A stretch of DNA of 64,000 bases from Azolla caroliniana (lineage: Eukaryota; Plantae; Polypodiophyta): contig JBHGNT010000006.1 of NCBI GenBank assembly GCA_043228905.1, forward strand, positions 5,394,001-5,458,000, given 5' to 3'. The translations under genes were made by a program, and so were the position numbers. The notes below the pieces were generated by a model, which saw only the letters and a program-made list of their open reading frames with translations, did not search any database and had not been told where the DNA came from. Shown piece after piece: positions 46,760 to 60,594 of the stretch (the stretch's first letter is position 1; every line of letters starts with the position of its first letter).

Positions 46760-49700
46760 ATGGTGGCCAAGCTTAGGAAGCATGGCGTTTCTTCTTCTTC
46801 GTCTTCGAAACAGAAGAAGGTTGCTTCTTTGAACTCTAAAGGAAGAAGAAAAGACGCAGAGGTATGCCTTCGGTTTCTCGTTTGATCCTACTTTCGTGTT
46901 GTTTTTTTACTATGTTATAACATCTTCTTTCTTCCTCCCATTTTTCTTCCCTGTTTCTGTAGGATGCTTACCCTTCGAAGAAGAAAAGGAAATCAAGTTC
47001 TTCACATGAATCTCTCAGAGCAGAACTTACTTCAGGTAAGCAAGATATATTTCGTAGCTTTGATTTGTTCACGAAAGAAAGAAATTTGTTCATGAAAGAA
47101 GGAAATTAGATAAGTATTGGTACAAATTCTTGTCAGATGCTGATAGATAAATAAGTAAATAATTAATGAGATGGAAGCAATATGTCAATGAAATGGCACA
47201 GAAATCCGTTATCTTCTTATATTTGACAGATGAGCGTGAAGCATTGGATTCAGAAGAAGAAGAAGCACATCTCTTTTTTGACAGAAGTGGTAGTGAAGAC
47301 GATGATAAAGCTACAAACCTAGGGTATGGAAATCCTATTTTTTCTTCAATAAAATTGGTACAAAAAGTGAAATTATTATTATTATCTTGACTTCTATCAA
47401 CAAGATCATTTATTTTTCTTAAGAAATGATGATGGACACCTTCGCATGAGGCCCGACATAATTCTAGAAGAGCCTGAATATGCTGGAATTAGAAGCAGCC
47501 GGAAACAAACTTTGGAAGAGGAAGATTTAGCAGACTCTGATGGCGACTTCAATTTACATCCCACAAATAATTGGAGTTCAGATGATAATTTTGAAGAACA
47601 TCAGGTATATATAAAGTATTGGATTTTTTTAGGCTGAAATGATATCACCCTTTGGTTATTGAGCATTGACATTATATGGTTCTTGGACATTGATACTGTT
47701 TATTTTTATGATTTTGAACAGCGAAATTATATTATTTTTACATTGATTGAATATTAAAATTATATTATTTTCAGGTTCATTGAACATTGAAACTATATTA
47801 TTCAGGTTTATTGAGCATTACAATTGCATTATTGTCAAGTTTAGGCTGATTGAATATTGATATTATATTATCTAAAATAAGTTTTACTGAATATTGAATT
47901 ATAATGCTCGTACAATCTAACATGTTACTTTTAGAGTATTGGAGATACATATTATGCGGCTCAAAGTGAAGAGATGGAGGCTCTTGATAAGGAATACAAG
48001 GAGCTCGAAGCTCAAGACAAGTAATCTTGAATATCCTTAGCTATCAATAATATCCTTAAATTTACTTTTAAAGCATGGAGTGATGCACATTGAAACATTT
48101 AACAAACACAAGCTAGGTTTGACAAATCATGTACTCTCTCTCAAAGAATACACTATACATCAGTCATGAATTTCAGAAAGGCAAGCCCAGCATTGTAAAT
48201 ATTTATATATACATTTGCTATTAATAACTTGATCCAATCTTTATTTGTATGTGGTAAGACGTTCATATCTATGCTTGAAGACAATGATGTAAATGTGTAT
48301 ATTATCTTTGTGTAATTTTCCGTTCACAAAAATCATACATACTTGATCACAACATGGTGACTAAGAGCTTGCACATGTTCAGGGAAATCCTATCTGGTTT
48401 GAGAGGGCATAATAATGAAGAAATACTGAAAGGTCAAGCTGTCAGCCACCAAAAGGTTTGATTTCGAGAATGAATATGTTGGTGACTTGAATTATTATTA
48501 TTTTCTTTCACTTGTTAAATTTGGGAAGCCATGCTTTTGGCAGGCACTCTGGGATAAAGCTCTAGAAATGCGAATTTTATTGCAAAAGCCATTTTCAAAC
48601 TCCAATCGCTTGCCTCTGGTGATTATTACTTAACTTCATTTGATGTAACTCACTAAAATGGGTGGAAAATTTTGCAAGATTTGAATAAATGACAATCTAT
48701 ATAGAAATTTCACTATCAGATGATAGAATGGCAATAGTAGCTTTACAAATCTCGTTGACCAGTTTTGTTGCCTAAACCCAAACCCAATCTTGTAATATAT
48801 GTACACTACAATTTTAATTGTATGTTCTTATTTAATCCTATTATAACCACACACTTCAATCCCTAGACATTAAAGATTGAAGGATGTAATAATAATAACA
48901 GATAAGGATCATTATCACTCCTGAAATGTGCTGAAACTTTTGTATATTTTATGTTATTCTTGCTTGTTTCCTAGTTTGATTATCCTTCCCTTTGTGAGTA
49001 ATGCATTTGTTTCTTATTTGCTGCTTTAAAAGCGGATATGTATTATACCTTCAGTAACATATGTTTTATTAATTATGTATGGGAGAAATCGTTGATCAAC
49101 AATGTGAAATAAGAATATGGCTTTGCTGGAAGATAATCCTGAGTAAGTCCTACAGGAAATACTTATTTGGAAAGATATCCAGAGTAAGTCTCCATAATGA
49201 GTTTTTCTACAGAAAGACCCATAAATTTTCCTCTCTCTCCATCCTATCCTTTTTCTGAAGATAACATGTTTGAAAACTCTTTGTATGTAGTATGTACACA
49301 TTTAATTCTAACAGGGTCTTCCAGAATCTCCTTCTCTAAAGGGGTAGTATGATTTGATAGGATCCCACACATTAATTTTAAGAATCGTGTAACTCATTAT
49401 CCATGCTATTGACCAGCAACTTTTCCAACAACCATGACATCAATGGAAAGAGGCCCATACTCCCACCTGAATCTATTGAAGATTCTTATTGGACTGACAC
49501 AAACAGCCGGAGTGATACCTTGTGGGAGTGCCTAGTTATGGCAGATACTTAATCTGTGGAAAATTTCAAATCACCTTAATCCATGTAAAGGGGGGGAATT
49601 CATTCATAATTTGATTCTTGACTCTGGAAGATTTTAATTGTCTCCTAATATATTTTTCCCCTTCTGGCCTCAACTTCCAATTCTCATGTTTGATCATGGA

Positions 49701-52700
49701 ATGGTTGCATTCATTTGCTTGTATCGTATAATCTGAAGTCACGTGTGTACTTCTTCTAAACAGAATGATAGAAAAGCCTTTTTTTTAAAGACATTAAATT
49801 TGTCTTCAGCATTTCTGAAGACATGGTTGAAATTTAATTTTATCAGGGTGAGATAAGATCATCTATTTGTGAATCTAATATGGATGTGAGTGGTGCTTAT
49901 GCAAAACTTACTGCATCGAGCATTGCAACTTTGTGTTGTCTTACGGAGGCTTTAGAGGTATTTTCTAATTATTTTAATCCTAAATTCTTTAATTTTTTCT
50001 GTGCAGATGCTCATATTGTGCAGAGGTATTCTTTTAATATTTTAGTCCAGAATTCTATAACTCGTTTTGTGCAAATATTTGTATTTTTAAAGTAAATGCG
50101 TGACCAATATGTTTAATTAAATTTGATATGCAGACTTTGTCAGGACAAAATGCTTCTATAGATCAAGCAGCTGGTATGAGTCCAGATGAGTATGCATAAT
50201 GTTAAATCTTACATTGACCAATCAAAGACTAAGCAATACTGCATTCTGTTGCCATCAAATAATTTAGGTGCACACAAAGTAAGAGAGGAGATTCTTATTA
50301 AAGAATCTTCTGATGACATTGATGATATCTGGCAGAAAATGTCTGCTTTATACTCAAGGTATCAATATTTTACATTTAATATGTAGGAGGCTCTACGTGT
50401 ATTATCTTCATTTTGCTATAAAGAAGAGGAAAATTACCACAAAACTTCTACTGTATTTGTACTTCTTTAGTGAAGAATAGATGGAGGATCAAGACATTAT
50501 TTGTTTAAGAAATCTGTGTCCTCAATATTTTCCATAGCCTTCACAGCAACAACTGCTTGATGTGAATAGGAAAGATGTATATTTGCTCCATAATCCTGAA
50601 GACCCTTGGAATAAAATTTAAGCTTTGGCAATTTTATGCAGGTTTGTGCCATTCCGGAATAGCTCAGTGGACAGATGGCAGAGGAAAACTCAACTATCAT
50701 CAGGAGCTGCAGCATCAAAAACAAAATTGAAAGCTTTCAATCAGGTCCGTGCAATGTTATGCAGACATATTTTTTATCTTTCACATAATCAAGTCAATGC
50801 AATATAATCATAATACATATATTAAGTAGGCTTAAACTGTAATGTTGATGGATTTAAGTCGAAGTATGGTATAAGCAGTCAATAGTTGAGTAAAAATTTA
50901 GCTACATTTTGAAGTAGGTGAGTATGTATATGGCATATTCTAGGATCTTCTTTGTCAGTTTCAAAAGAAGGAAATAAAATGCAATTATGAAGTATTGCTT
51001 AAAGAAAAATGTGGAAACTCTTCTTTACTATTCTCTGAAGTTATAAAACTTTAGAGAATAGTGAAGGCTCACTTATGTACAATAATGTTAAACGAGCATG
51101 TTATTTTGGGGCTTGTAATTTTGATGTTCCAATAGGTTCTGAATGTTTGTTGCCACAAATTTATTGTTAAAAGATATTTGATTTGGAGCTCAGAATTTAT
51201 TTTGTACTTTCCTTCTATAATGGCTCGTAGAATTTGTCACATTATTTCTTGCTGTATATATCTGCTCATGTTTGAGTTGTGATAGAATTGAATTTTGTAT
51301 TGCAGAGTATTTCACAGCAAGTTGAAACCCACATGCGGGACTTCTCACGTATGCTTCAAAGAATGTGGCTGAATCCATCGTCGGTGGATATTATTGGAAC
51401 AGTAAGTTACTGAAATGAGCTTAATGAGCATGAATGTTTTTTTATCACAATTGTTCTTGCTTTTCTCTTGTTTTTGGATATTAAATAACCAAATATGACA
51501 CACAGCATGCAACTGATGATCAGCCTGGCATATCCCAGGAAGGCAGCAAGGTACTTTGATTCTATATAAAATGTATTTTACATTAGAGGTTTTAATACAT
51601 TTGTGTATATGAATGTGTACATGTGTGTGCTCTTTGTCACAGAGTACTATGAGCTATTCTTGATGACTTAAGCTTTTGATAGTTTATCACTAATTCCCTT
51701 AGCCTTGGAGGAAGAAAGGTTGATCAAAATACATTTCATTAAATGATTTCTTTGGGGAGAGCTGTAAAACTAGAATGACCATGGCCCAAATTACCTTGTT
51801 GAATTTTTAAAAGCTCACATATTTAGAAAACATTTAAATCTTTTAGATTTTCTTTGCAATTTAGACTTTAGCATCATAATAATGATTCATACTGGCCACA
51901 ACTTGCAGGAGAGTAACCTTGATATTTTGTGGTCATCAAGGTATCACGGTCCATCTCTTAAATGGAATGAAAATATTGACATGGATATATATTTATTAGT
52001 TTCAATATAATTTTGATGGTAGAAGATGATCATTTGATTCCTGGGTTTATAGCATTTCAACTCAGATTGTAATTATTTATTTGCCCAATTTCTTATTCCT
52101 AATGTTTTCACATTCAATCGATACGTCCATTCCAATTCATCGGACTTGGTGGCTAGGTGTGTCACCTCAAGTTTTTCCCTTATTATCTTGTCACTTTCTT
52201 TCATTCTCTCTCATTCTTCTTCACCTTATATGGAGGGAAATTACTAATTAGAAGCTCATATCTCATATATAGCCTACAAGTTGGGTTTATTTTTGTAACA
52301 TTAACAACCATATGGTGATTGAGACATTTAATTAATGACTTATCTTCTTTCACACTAAAGCTAGCAAAAGTGAAGGTTAATTCTAAGTATCTAAAGCCTC
52401 GCTATCAATAACCAGTTTTGTGATGGGCTAGGCATTGTTAATGAATATATCCAACCAAGTGATGAAAGAGAGATGATGTGATGGCATGGTTAGATCCAAA
52501 ACACTGAGGGAGTGGGCTGATGTGTGAGGAGAGAGAAAGTAGAAAAACTGTGCAGAAAAATGGAGAGGAAACCCTAGCTACTAAAAGTCCCTATCTCATT
52601 ATGAGAGGTTTGGGACCAATTATTATTGATAAGTAACTTTTAGGTCATTATGGCATGTTCACACACTACCAATTACCCTAGTTGCTAAAATTCCCTATCT

Positions 52701-55700
52701 CATTAGGAAAGTAGAAAAACTGTGCAGAAAAATGGGGACGCAAAAAGTCTCTATCTCTTTATGAGAGGTTTGGGACCAATTATTATTGATATGTAACTTT
52801 TAGGTCAGTTTGTCATGTTCACACACGGCCAATTACCAAAAGTTATAAAAATAATGTAAATGCCTAAAATCGCTCAAATTGGGGCCTAAGATATAGTAAA
52901 CGTATGTCTAGAAAGCTCTCTTCGAGAGCTTTCACATGGAAGGGTCAAAATATATTAAAACAGGAGTCTTTGGTGCCATTATCCCCCAAAGAGATTGTCT
53001 CAATGACACATTATGTGTACATCATAGGCTTCATGTCCATGCTATCACCAGGTGATTGTTGTGCATTCTCAAGGTAGAATCGATTTTGAGAGCAAATATT
53101 GGATAGTTTTTGTCAATTAATTGAAGTGTTGTCCTCTATTTTAGGATGCATGGAATCTAAATTTTATAATATTCAACAACTACCTCCTCATCTATTTATT
53201 ATTTCAAATTGAAAGTGGCACTTCAGTGAATATTGGAAGACTGGTCCATAAAACGGGTTGGACCGAAAACAAACAGAGGAAAAAGGCCAATGCAACCCAT
53301 CCCCTCAATTGCTCATGTTTATATTTAAAGCCATATGGACATTTCTGAAAATATGGTTTGGGGAAAAAAGCAAACAAATCTGCATCACCAAACAAAGAGG
53401 GTTCAAACCAATGATAAAAATACGTTTTTGGCTCCTTCACTTACATCCCAATGAATTTTCTTGGTAATTATTTGCAAGAAAAACTGTTGAGGAATCGGAA
53501 TGTGGGATAATGAACATGGTTACCCACAGTCTTTCTGTCAAATTAGGAGAAAAACAAAATGTTTTAAAGGCTTCAAACCTTGGTTAATCTACACCTCCGT
53601 TAATGTTTTTGGAATTCTGAACCAGAATTTGCCATTGATTGATAACACTCTCAAAAATATTATCAAAGTTGGTGAACTCTCGCTTGTGGAATTCCAGAGA
53701 AGCCAATTGTAGGTGTCCTTGGGACAAGCTTTCCTCTCCACCTCTAAAAAGCACTTAAGAAACTCAAAACCAACTTAAACCTTATAATCATTGATGCGGG
53801 ATAAGATTCTGGGTCCCATCTTGCTTGATCACAACTAACACATATGAAAAGGAAACAACTCAGAGATAAAGTTGTCTACAATCTCCTTTGAAGAACATCA
53901 CAACGAAATGGAGTACAATTACAAATGTAGGACCTTTTCTCTAGAGATGAGATTTGCGTCATCTTTTAAAAGTGATATAAGTATAGATTATGCACTCTAT
54001 ATTTTCTCCCCAAGGTCCACAAAGTAGAAAACAACTCGGAGATAAAGTTGTCTACAATCTCCTTCGAAGAACATCACAACCAGTGGAGTACATTTATTAG
54101 AAATGCAGGACCTTTTTTCTAGAGATGAGATTTGCTTCATCCTTCAAAAGTGATATAAGTATAGAGTATGCACTCTATATTTTCTCCCTAAGCTCCACAA
54201 AGTACCTGTGGTTGGGAGGCACATATGTTCTTGGAATGGCATCATTTTTTAGAACACTTCCATTTGGCTCCACCATAAGTTGGATCCCGCCAAAATAGTT
54301 GGATTTGCTCTCTTTGTTAAGAGACCTCGAGGAACTACGGCTACCTACCTCCCCACATTTGAAGGTGTCATGTATATATTTCTCAAGGTCTATGATTCTT
54401 CAAATGTGGGGATGCTCGAGTACTCTTAACAAAGAGAGAAAATCCCAAGGTGTTGTTTTTGTTGTTCAAAGATGGGATTTAGCTTATAGTGGAGCTAAAT
54501 GGAGGGATGCACAAAGATGAAGCCATTATATGAATACATGGGTCTTCTGACCAAAGATGCTTTGTGTAGCTTGGGGAGAATTTCACGAGTGGTCACTGAC
54601 CTTGGTAATATTTTTGAGAGGTTTATGAATCAATTGCCGATTCCATTTCGGATTTAGGATAATAAAGCGATTTGTTTGGGCCTTCAAAAATATAAGTGGA
54701 GATGTAGCTATCTAAGGAAGCTGTGATGATAATCCTTCAAGAGTTTTTATTTTGAGTGATGTTACCTCCCCTCTGGAGGAACACACTCTCGGTTACTACT
54801 TCCGAGTAACCGGATCAAGGTAATTGTGGTAGGAAGGAGGGAAGGGACTTTGGGTCATCCTGTCGACTGTGTACTTAGTCGGATACGGGAGTTAGGGGGG
54901 TAACTCTACCCCAAGGGTTCCTGGATAACTCTCCGTGGATACCCAATCTCGTTTGATTAGCACGACCCTCAGAGATGCAGACCGATTTTAGAGCTTCGCA
55001 AGGAGCGCAGGAATAGATATCCCGTCGAATCGGCCACAACCAATTACGGGTATACAACTACACAGTACACGATCTCAACACACCTTATGACACAAATAGA
55101 ACACACAGCGTTCCCCCACAAGAAGACAAATATATTAATGATGCACTCTCATACAAATACCGATCGACTTTCGGTACAGAAGTGCTCACGTCTCTTTCTA
55201 TTACTCGTCTAAATCTGCCCTCCCCCTTTTCTCTCATTCATACCGTTCTTATATAAGATCCCATGCTTCCTATTTCAGGGGAGTATGGTTAGTTACAATC
55301 GTTTCAACATTAATTAATTGGCGTTATATTAAAACCATGTTCAACTCTTGGCCGGCTCCCTTTGTGCTTGGCTTCCTGTCTCCTTTCACACCTTCGGCCG
55401 CCCTGTCCGGCCAACAAGGGATTTTGGATGGGCGAATCAAATTCAGTCCTAAGGCCAAACATTTCTTTCATGATATGGTAAGGAATGAGAAGAAAGATTG
55501 TGGATAGCCATGTTAGTTATCTGACGTTCTAATTCCTCGAGGGTTTCCTTGAAAATCAATAGAGAGAATATTCCTTTGGATTTTAGAAAGGGGGCCAGAA
55601 GAGGGTTCTTACCATAATTTGGTTTTTCGGTGTCGTGGAGTTATTTTTTTCCCCAAACCATACTTTCAGAAATGTCGGTTTGGTTTGAAAGGTGAAGCAT

Positions 55701-57248
55701 AATCAGTTGAGGGAATACGTTACGATATCCATATGTCCTTCGTTTGTTTTTTTGGCCTAGCCCATTTTTTGGACTAGGCTTCGGGTATTCTTGATTAGGC
55801 ACCTTTTCCCTTGTGCAAATTTTTGTTGTCTGAAGGTCTTAAATCTAATGTTGACATTTAATTTCTTATTAATATTTCATTAAGTAATTGCCATTTGTTT
55901 TGATTGTGGATTTGTCTGAGGGAGGTCTTGAATCTAATGTAGAGATTTAATTTCTTATTAATATTTCGTTTAGTATTTGCCCTTTGTTTTGATTGTGGAT
56001 TTCAGGACATCGAAGGAGATCCTGAGCTAATAGATGACACTGAATTCTATCAGGAGCTTCTACGTGAATTTCTAGAATCATCAGATCCAGCTTCTATTGG
56101 TTTGTACATTTTGCATGTGTGCTCTAGGCTGATTGAGGTTACATTTCAATTTGGTGGATTCCCTGTTGAAAGAGTTTCTTAATAATTGGATAGTGTGAAT
56201 ATTATATGGTATTCAATCTATTCCTGCCAAGGTGAATCATACACATTGGATAAGATGAAAGGACATGATTGTCAAGGATATTGGAATAAATATTGCAGAA
56301 ATGAGAATTCCATGTAAGGAGAGAGCATTGACGCACGGAGCTTAGTAAACAGTAGATAGATAGGTTGACGAAGGATGGTAATTGATAAAAAAGAAGTCAC
56401 TCAACCAACAAACATATTTAAGCTAAGGAAACTACCCCGAACATTTGTCCTAAAGTCTAAAGAAATCTAATGGTGAACTTTGTTTCAGCAGAAACTAATT
56501 TATTACAGTAAATGTTTTCTTCGTACCATTCATAAACCTTGCACCCTTGTGCAACCATTCATAAACCTGTTGTGATCAGCAATGATTTGTTAGCCCCGAA
56601 AAACTTTACCCAGGCTTACCAATCATAGTTGACCAGAGCAGTATATGAAAAGGATATACTAGCCTTCATAAATCTTGTCTTTCTGTTATACTACGCTTCA
56701 TCTTACTCCTGTTTTTGTACAGTCCATTGAGCATTCCTGTTACAAGCAGTCATATTATGATAATTTCTCATCTTGTATTGTACATTATTTACCTGATAAT
56801 ATAGAGCTGGTGCATAGTTGGAGAGCTTTTTTGACAAGATGATAGGAAATCCATGGTTGGAACTTGCTAGCTTGGGGTTGAAACTATTGTTAGTTGTTTT
56901 GTTTCCTTGGAAATGTGCTCGTTGTGAACTTACGATTCAGTGACCTTGGAGTAAATTCTGTACAGGAGAACTGTATGCAGTTAAAAGATTGCATTCAAAA
57001 CGAAGGAAAATTGTTGATCGTCGTGCTTCCAAAGGCCGTAAGATAAGGTAAAAATGTCATATTTTTCATTGCATAATTACTCCAGAAAATTGAAATTCCC
57101 TGCTTCATGCATCACTATATTTCATTTCAGGTACAATGTGCATGATAAAATTGTTAACTTCATGGCGCCTTTACCTACAAATATACCACCACTGGCAGAA
57201 AAGCTATTTGCCAGTGGCCTATTTCAAGCACAAGTAAATCGTGCTTAA
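46760..57248 (+). CDS. AATF: AATF/Che-1/BFR2 (SSU processome factor), 16 exons, ~487 aa: 46760-46861, 46963-47035, 47230-47323, 47424-47604, 47935-48020, 48383-48455, 48544-48618, 49847-49957, 50134-50173, 50268-50358, 50642-50744, 51306-51401, 51506-51550, 56006-56099, 56966-57047, 57131-57248
   Basis: KGQAVSHQK|ALWDKALEMRILLQKPFSNSNRLP and FRNSSVDRWQRKT...KLKAFNQ. TRAUB domain DPELIDDTEFYQELLREFLE...KRRKIVDRRASKGRKIRYNVHDKIVNFMAP. All introns are GT-AG with consistent phases. The low-complexity N-terminal exons are less certain. Confidence 0.93.
52535..52847. repeat. Intronic tandem duplication, period ~172 bp
   Basis: gaaagtagaaaaactgtgcagaaaaatgg at 52535 and 52707, with shared atgagaggtttgggaccaattattattgat. 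Confidence 0.88.
53205..55812. mobile_element. Old TIR-bounded non-autonomous DNA transposon in AATF intron 13; contains a 176-bp tandem duplication (53853-54204) and a possible solo LTR (~54760-55461)
   Basis: 53205-53390 is a degenerate reverse complement of 55640-55812 (gacatttctgaaaatatggtttggggaaaaaa versus ttttttccccaaaccatactttcagaaatgtc). No TSD found. Confidence 0.6.
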
Positions 57249-59266
57249 ACGCCCATGGTTGAACGTCAAATTTTTGAATGGCATGTAAAGCTTATGAATG
57301 GTTTTCATTAAGCTTTGAAAAGAGCTTTTATCAGCTTTTCCTAGAATAAAATGGAGAGGCAAGGAAAACAAAAAAGCATTTGTAGTAGTATCATTGGAAA
57401 CCCCTGAAGATACTGACATCACAATACTACATGTAGTGGGAGTTCCAGCGAACTACTTTTGTCACCATTGTTTCACAAAAAATACCAGTACTATATCAGA
57501 CAACATATTGGATCTGTTTTTAATCTAGTAGAGAGAAAAGTGAGCGCAATTTTGCACCGAGTCAAGATCTTAGCTCAAATACAACAGAATGAATATGAGG
57601 AGAAGAAAATCCTTATTTCATCGCGATTCATGTAATAATATGTTTTAATCATTTTCTCTCTTCTTTATCTTTTATATCTTACTATTTTCTGCCAATGTCT
57701 TGATCCAGAACTTCTTGAACGTGTGTACTTGCAACAATTTTACTCTGCTGATGTATAAAGACCTGATATGAAGTTGTTCTTCTTTGCTAATATAGGATTT
57801 TTATACTCTCGAGGTCATGAATTTGATAAGGCACACATTGCCTGATACATCTAACATATCAGGCTCTGTGCTAATAGTAGAGCTAGAAGCCGTCTCACTG
57901 ATGAGGGTTACTTGACTAAGCTACGTTGTTTTTATCAATTGATGATATTCTTCTCTTCATTATTTTTCTAGATTTCCTATTGTCATGTTGATTTTTGGGG
58001 GCATGTTCATGTCATTGGTTCTTTCTATGCTTTTGTTGATCTTGAGATTGCTTATTTTTATTATGTTCATATTTCCATTTTGCTTAATGTGGCTCGCATG
58101 TAATGTTTATATTATAGCATAATAAACTCCTAATTTGTGACAGCATTATCCAAAGATTATTGTTTTACAGGAACATTTTCCCCCCATTGAATGAAATGAG
58201 TGTGATTACATTCTCTTCAATAAGTGGGAACAACATTCTGTGGGGATATTGAAATGGGTATAGATTATTTTGGAGTTATATATACAGCTTTTAATTCCTC
58301 GCACTATATCATCATATGCTTTCTTGTTGATGGCGTCCAACAACAATACAATCAACGCTAGCATTGAAACTTCATTTGTTTCATAGCTGCACAATGGCTG
58401 TTCACCAACCTAGATGGGATAGATTTGATTTCAATTTATTTCATCACTGTTCACATTGACATCCAAATGCAAAGACAGGACAATATGCATAAATAAGGAA
58501 GGACCAGTCACATTGGTTGAGTAAAGAAGAAAATTCCAATCAATATAATACTGCCTACCAAGGTCATTGCTTATAGTCCATCTCCATCACAATGGAAAGG
58601 CACATAATCTTTGCCCTTACTAGTTTTCTCTTGGTCGTATTAATTTGTAGACAGGACTGCATGAGTAGTTTTGTGAATAAAGAAGAAAATTCCAATTACT
58701 ATTTTACACTCTATCATGGTCACTGCTTATAGTTCATCTCCTTCAGAATTGATAGAGGCTGATAATATTTGCCCTCACTTATTTTCAATGAGACCAAAAC
58801 ACCACCACCATAGGCATTGAAAGCAGCATGTTTTCAATGAGACCATGTTTAAAGAACAATTCCCTCATTGACAGGCTTTGTGCATGATTCTCATTTGCTG
58901 CATTACACAATCTGATATGATATAACCACAAATCCCATCGCATAATAGTCACATAATGAATATCACTACAAAACATATAATCTCCGCTTACATTCATGGT
59001 AGACAAATTACAAAGCTTTCTCTTCATGCTATAAGCCCCACTAAAAACAAACAGAATCAAGCAAGAAATGCTATAAAATCAGAACTATTTTATTCACGTT
59101 AGAAAAAAGTAGGTATCCAAAACCGTTTCATACATGGCATGAATCAGACTGTTTAGACATCACCTCATTTATATGGTACATGAGTGTGACATAGTATTGT
59201 TATGACGAAACTCGTTGAATACACATTTTTTATCGTGGTAACCAGTCACTCGCCTGTAATGAGAAA

Positions 59267-59955
59267 CTAGTAGAAGAATCTGAGGCAAGAGAGTGAATGG
59301 GCAGTTAGGGTTAAAGACAAAACAAACCCAATTCCTGACCCGCGATGGAAGAAAGCTCCCACCATCCTGCTGACTTGCCGAGAAAGAAAAAGTATTCCCT
59401 GAAGCCGATGCTCTTCAAATTTGGTGTAGAGAGCAATTGGCTTGATTGTTTGATTGATCTGATAAGCTAAACCCAGAATTACAACACTTGACATGCATAC
59501 CTCTGTAGCAATGGCATGGTTCATTGGTGTTTCTAAGACAAGAAACATAGTTCCCCCCCAGAATGCATGGATAAATCCCAAGGCAAATAAGGCTCTTGAG
59601 CATTTCTTCATGTTTGTCATCATCTCTTGTTGAGCTTCTTTCAGCTCCTTGGTAATTGTTAATATGTCATGGTCTACTCCTAAAAGCATCCTTTTTTCGC
59701 TGGTTTTTGTATCATTGGTAGCCATAGTTGTGATTTTCTCACAGATCATTACATCATTTTCAAGATCTTTCACCTTGGCTGAATTTGAATATGCCATTGC
59801 AAAGTTGTTCTTCAAATAGGAGCAATGAGACATACGATTAGAGACATTCCTCTGACCAGCTGCAAAACCTTGAATTGACCCACGGCAACATGAAAAACAC
59901 CTATACGGATTGAACTCATGATTGGCACTGGTTTCTGGAACAATTTTGTCCAACC
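59267..59955 (-). CDS. Terminal exon of an uncharacterised protein with a coiled-coil-like segment and 2-3 hydrophobic segments
   Basis: Open frame of ~229 codons in otherwise stop-rich DNA, preceded by a strong acceptor (ttgtttttttag, with TAG at 59958-59956). Upstream exons were not found in the window. Confidence 0.7.
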
Positions 59956-60594
59956 CTAAAAAAACAAGTTATTAGTTTTCAACATCACGTCATGAACAAA
60001 ATCCTACCTAAAAGGGATATTAGTTTAGATCTCAGACTATGTGAACAATATCCCTGCATAATAGAAAATATATCTCTTTTGATTATGGAATTCATTATGG
60101 TATCCGATGCTTAGGAATGTTGATGCATTGGGATCCTTTACAACGAGCAATGGATGTAGGAACTAGGGAAGAAAAGATTACACGAATGTTTTGTTCTCCC
60201 ACACATCCCCCTGGTTATTACACACCTATTTTTCAAAGGAGCCATTCATTAAGGAAGAAATTTGTATTACTGAAATTATTTATGAAACTACATTAAGTGT
60301 CACAAACTTTACAAATGGAAATCACATAAAATATAGGGAGCAATGCATTTAAAAACGGAGTTACATAAGAGCCTTAGAGGTATATATCGCTAAACCTAAC
60401 ATCTCGGAACTTATCAATATGATCACATGCATAAACTGACCAATCCATGTATTTACTGAGACAGATATATATGCATCAGCGGCAGTAACCTAACCATCAT
60501 CTATGTCTTAGGTTATTTGTGCTTTAATGCAAGTCAGTCTCAGAAATGACTTTATGAGGTTTACGTCAGACCATTGTGGCAGTAATATTTCAAT

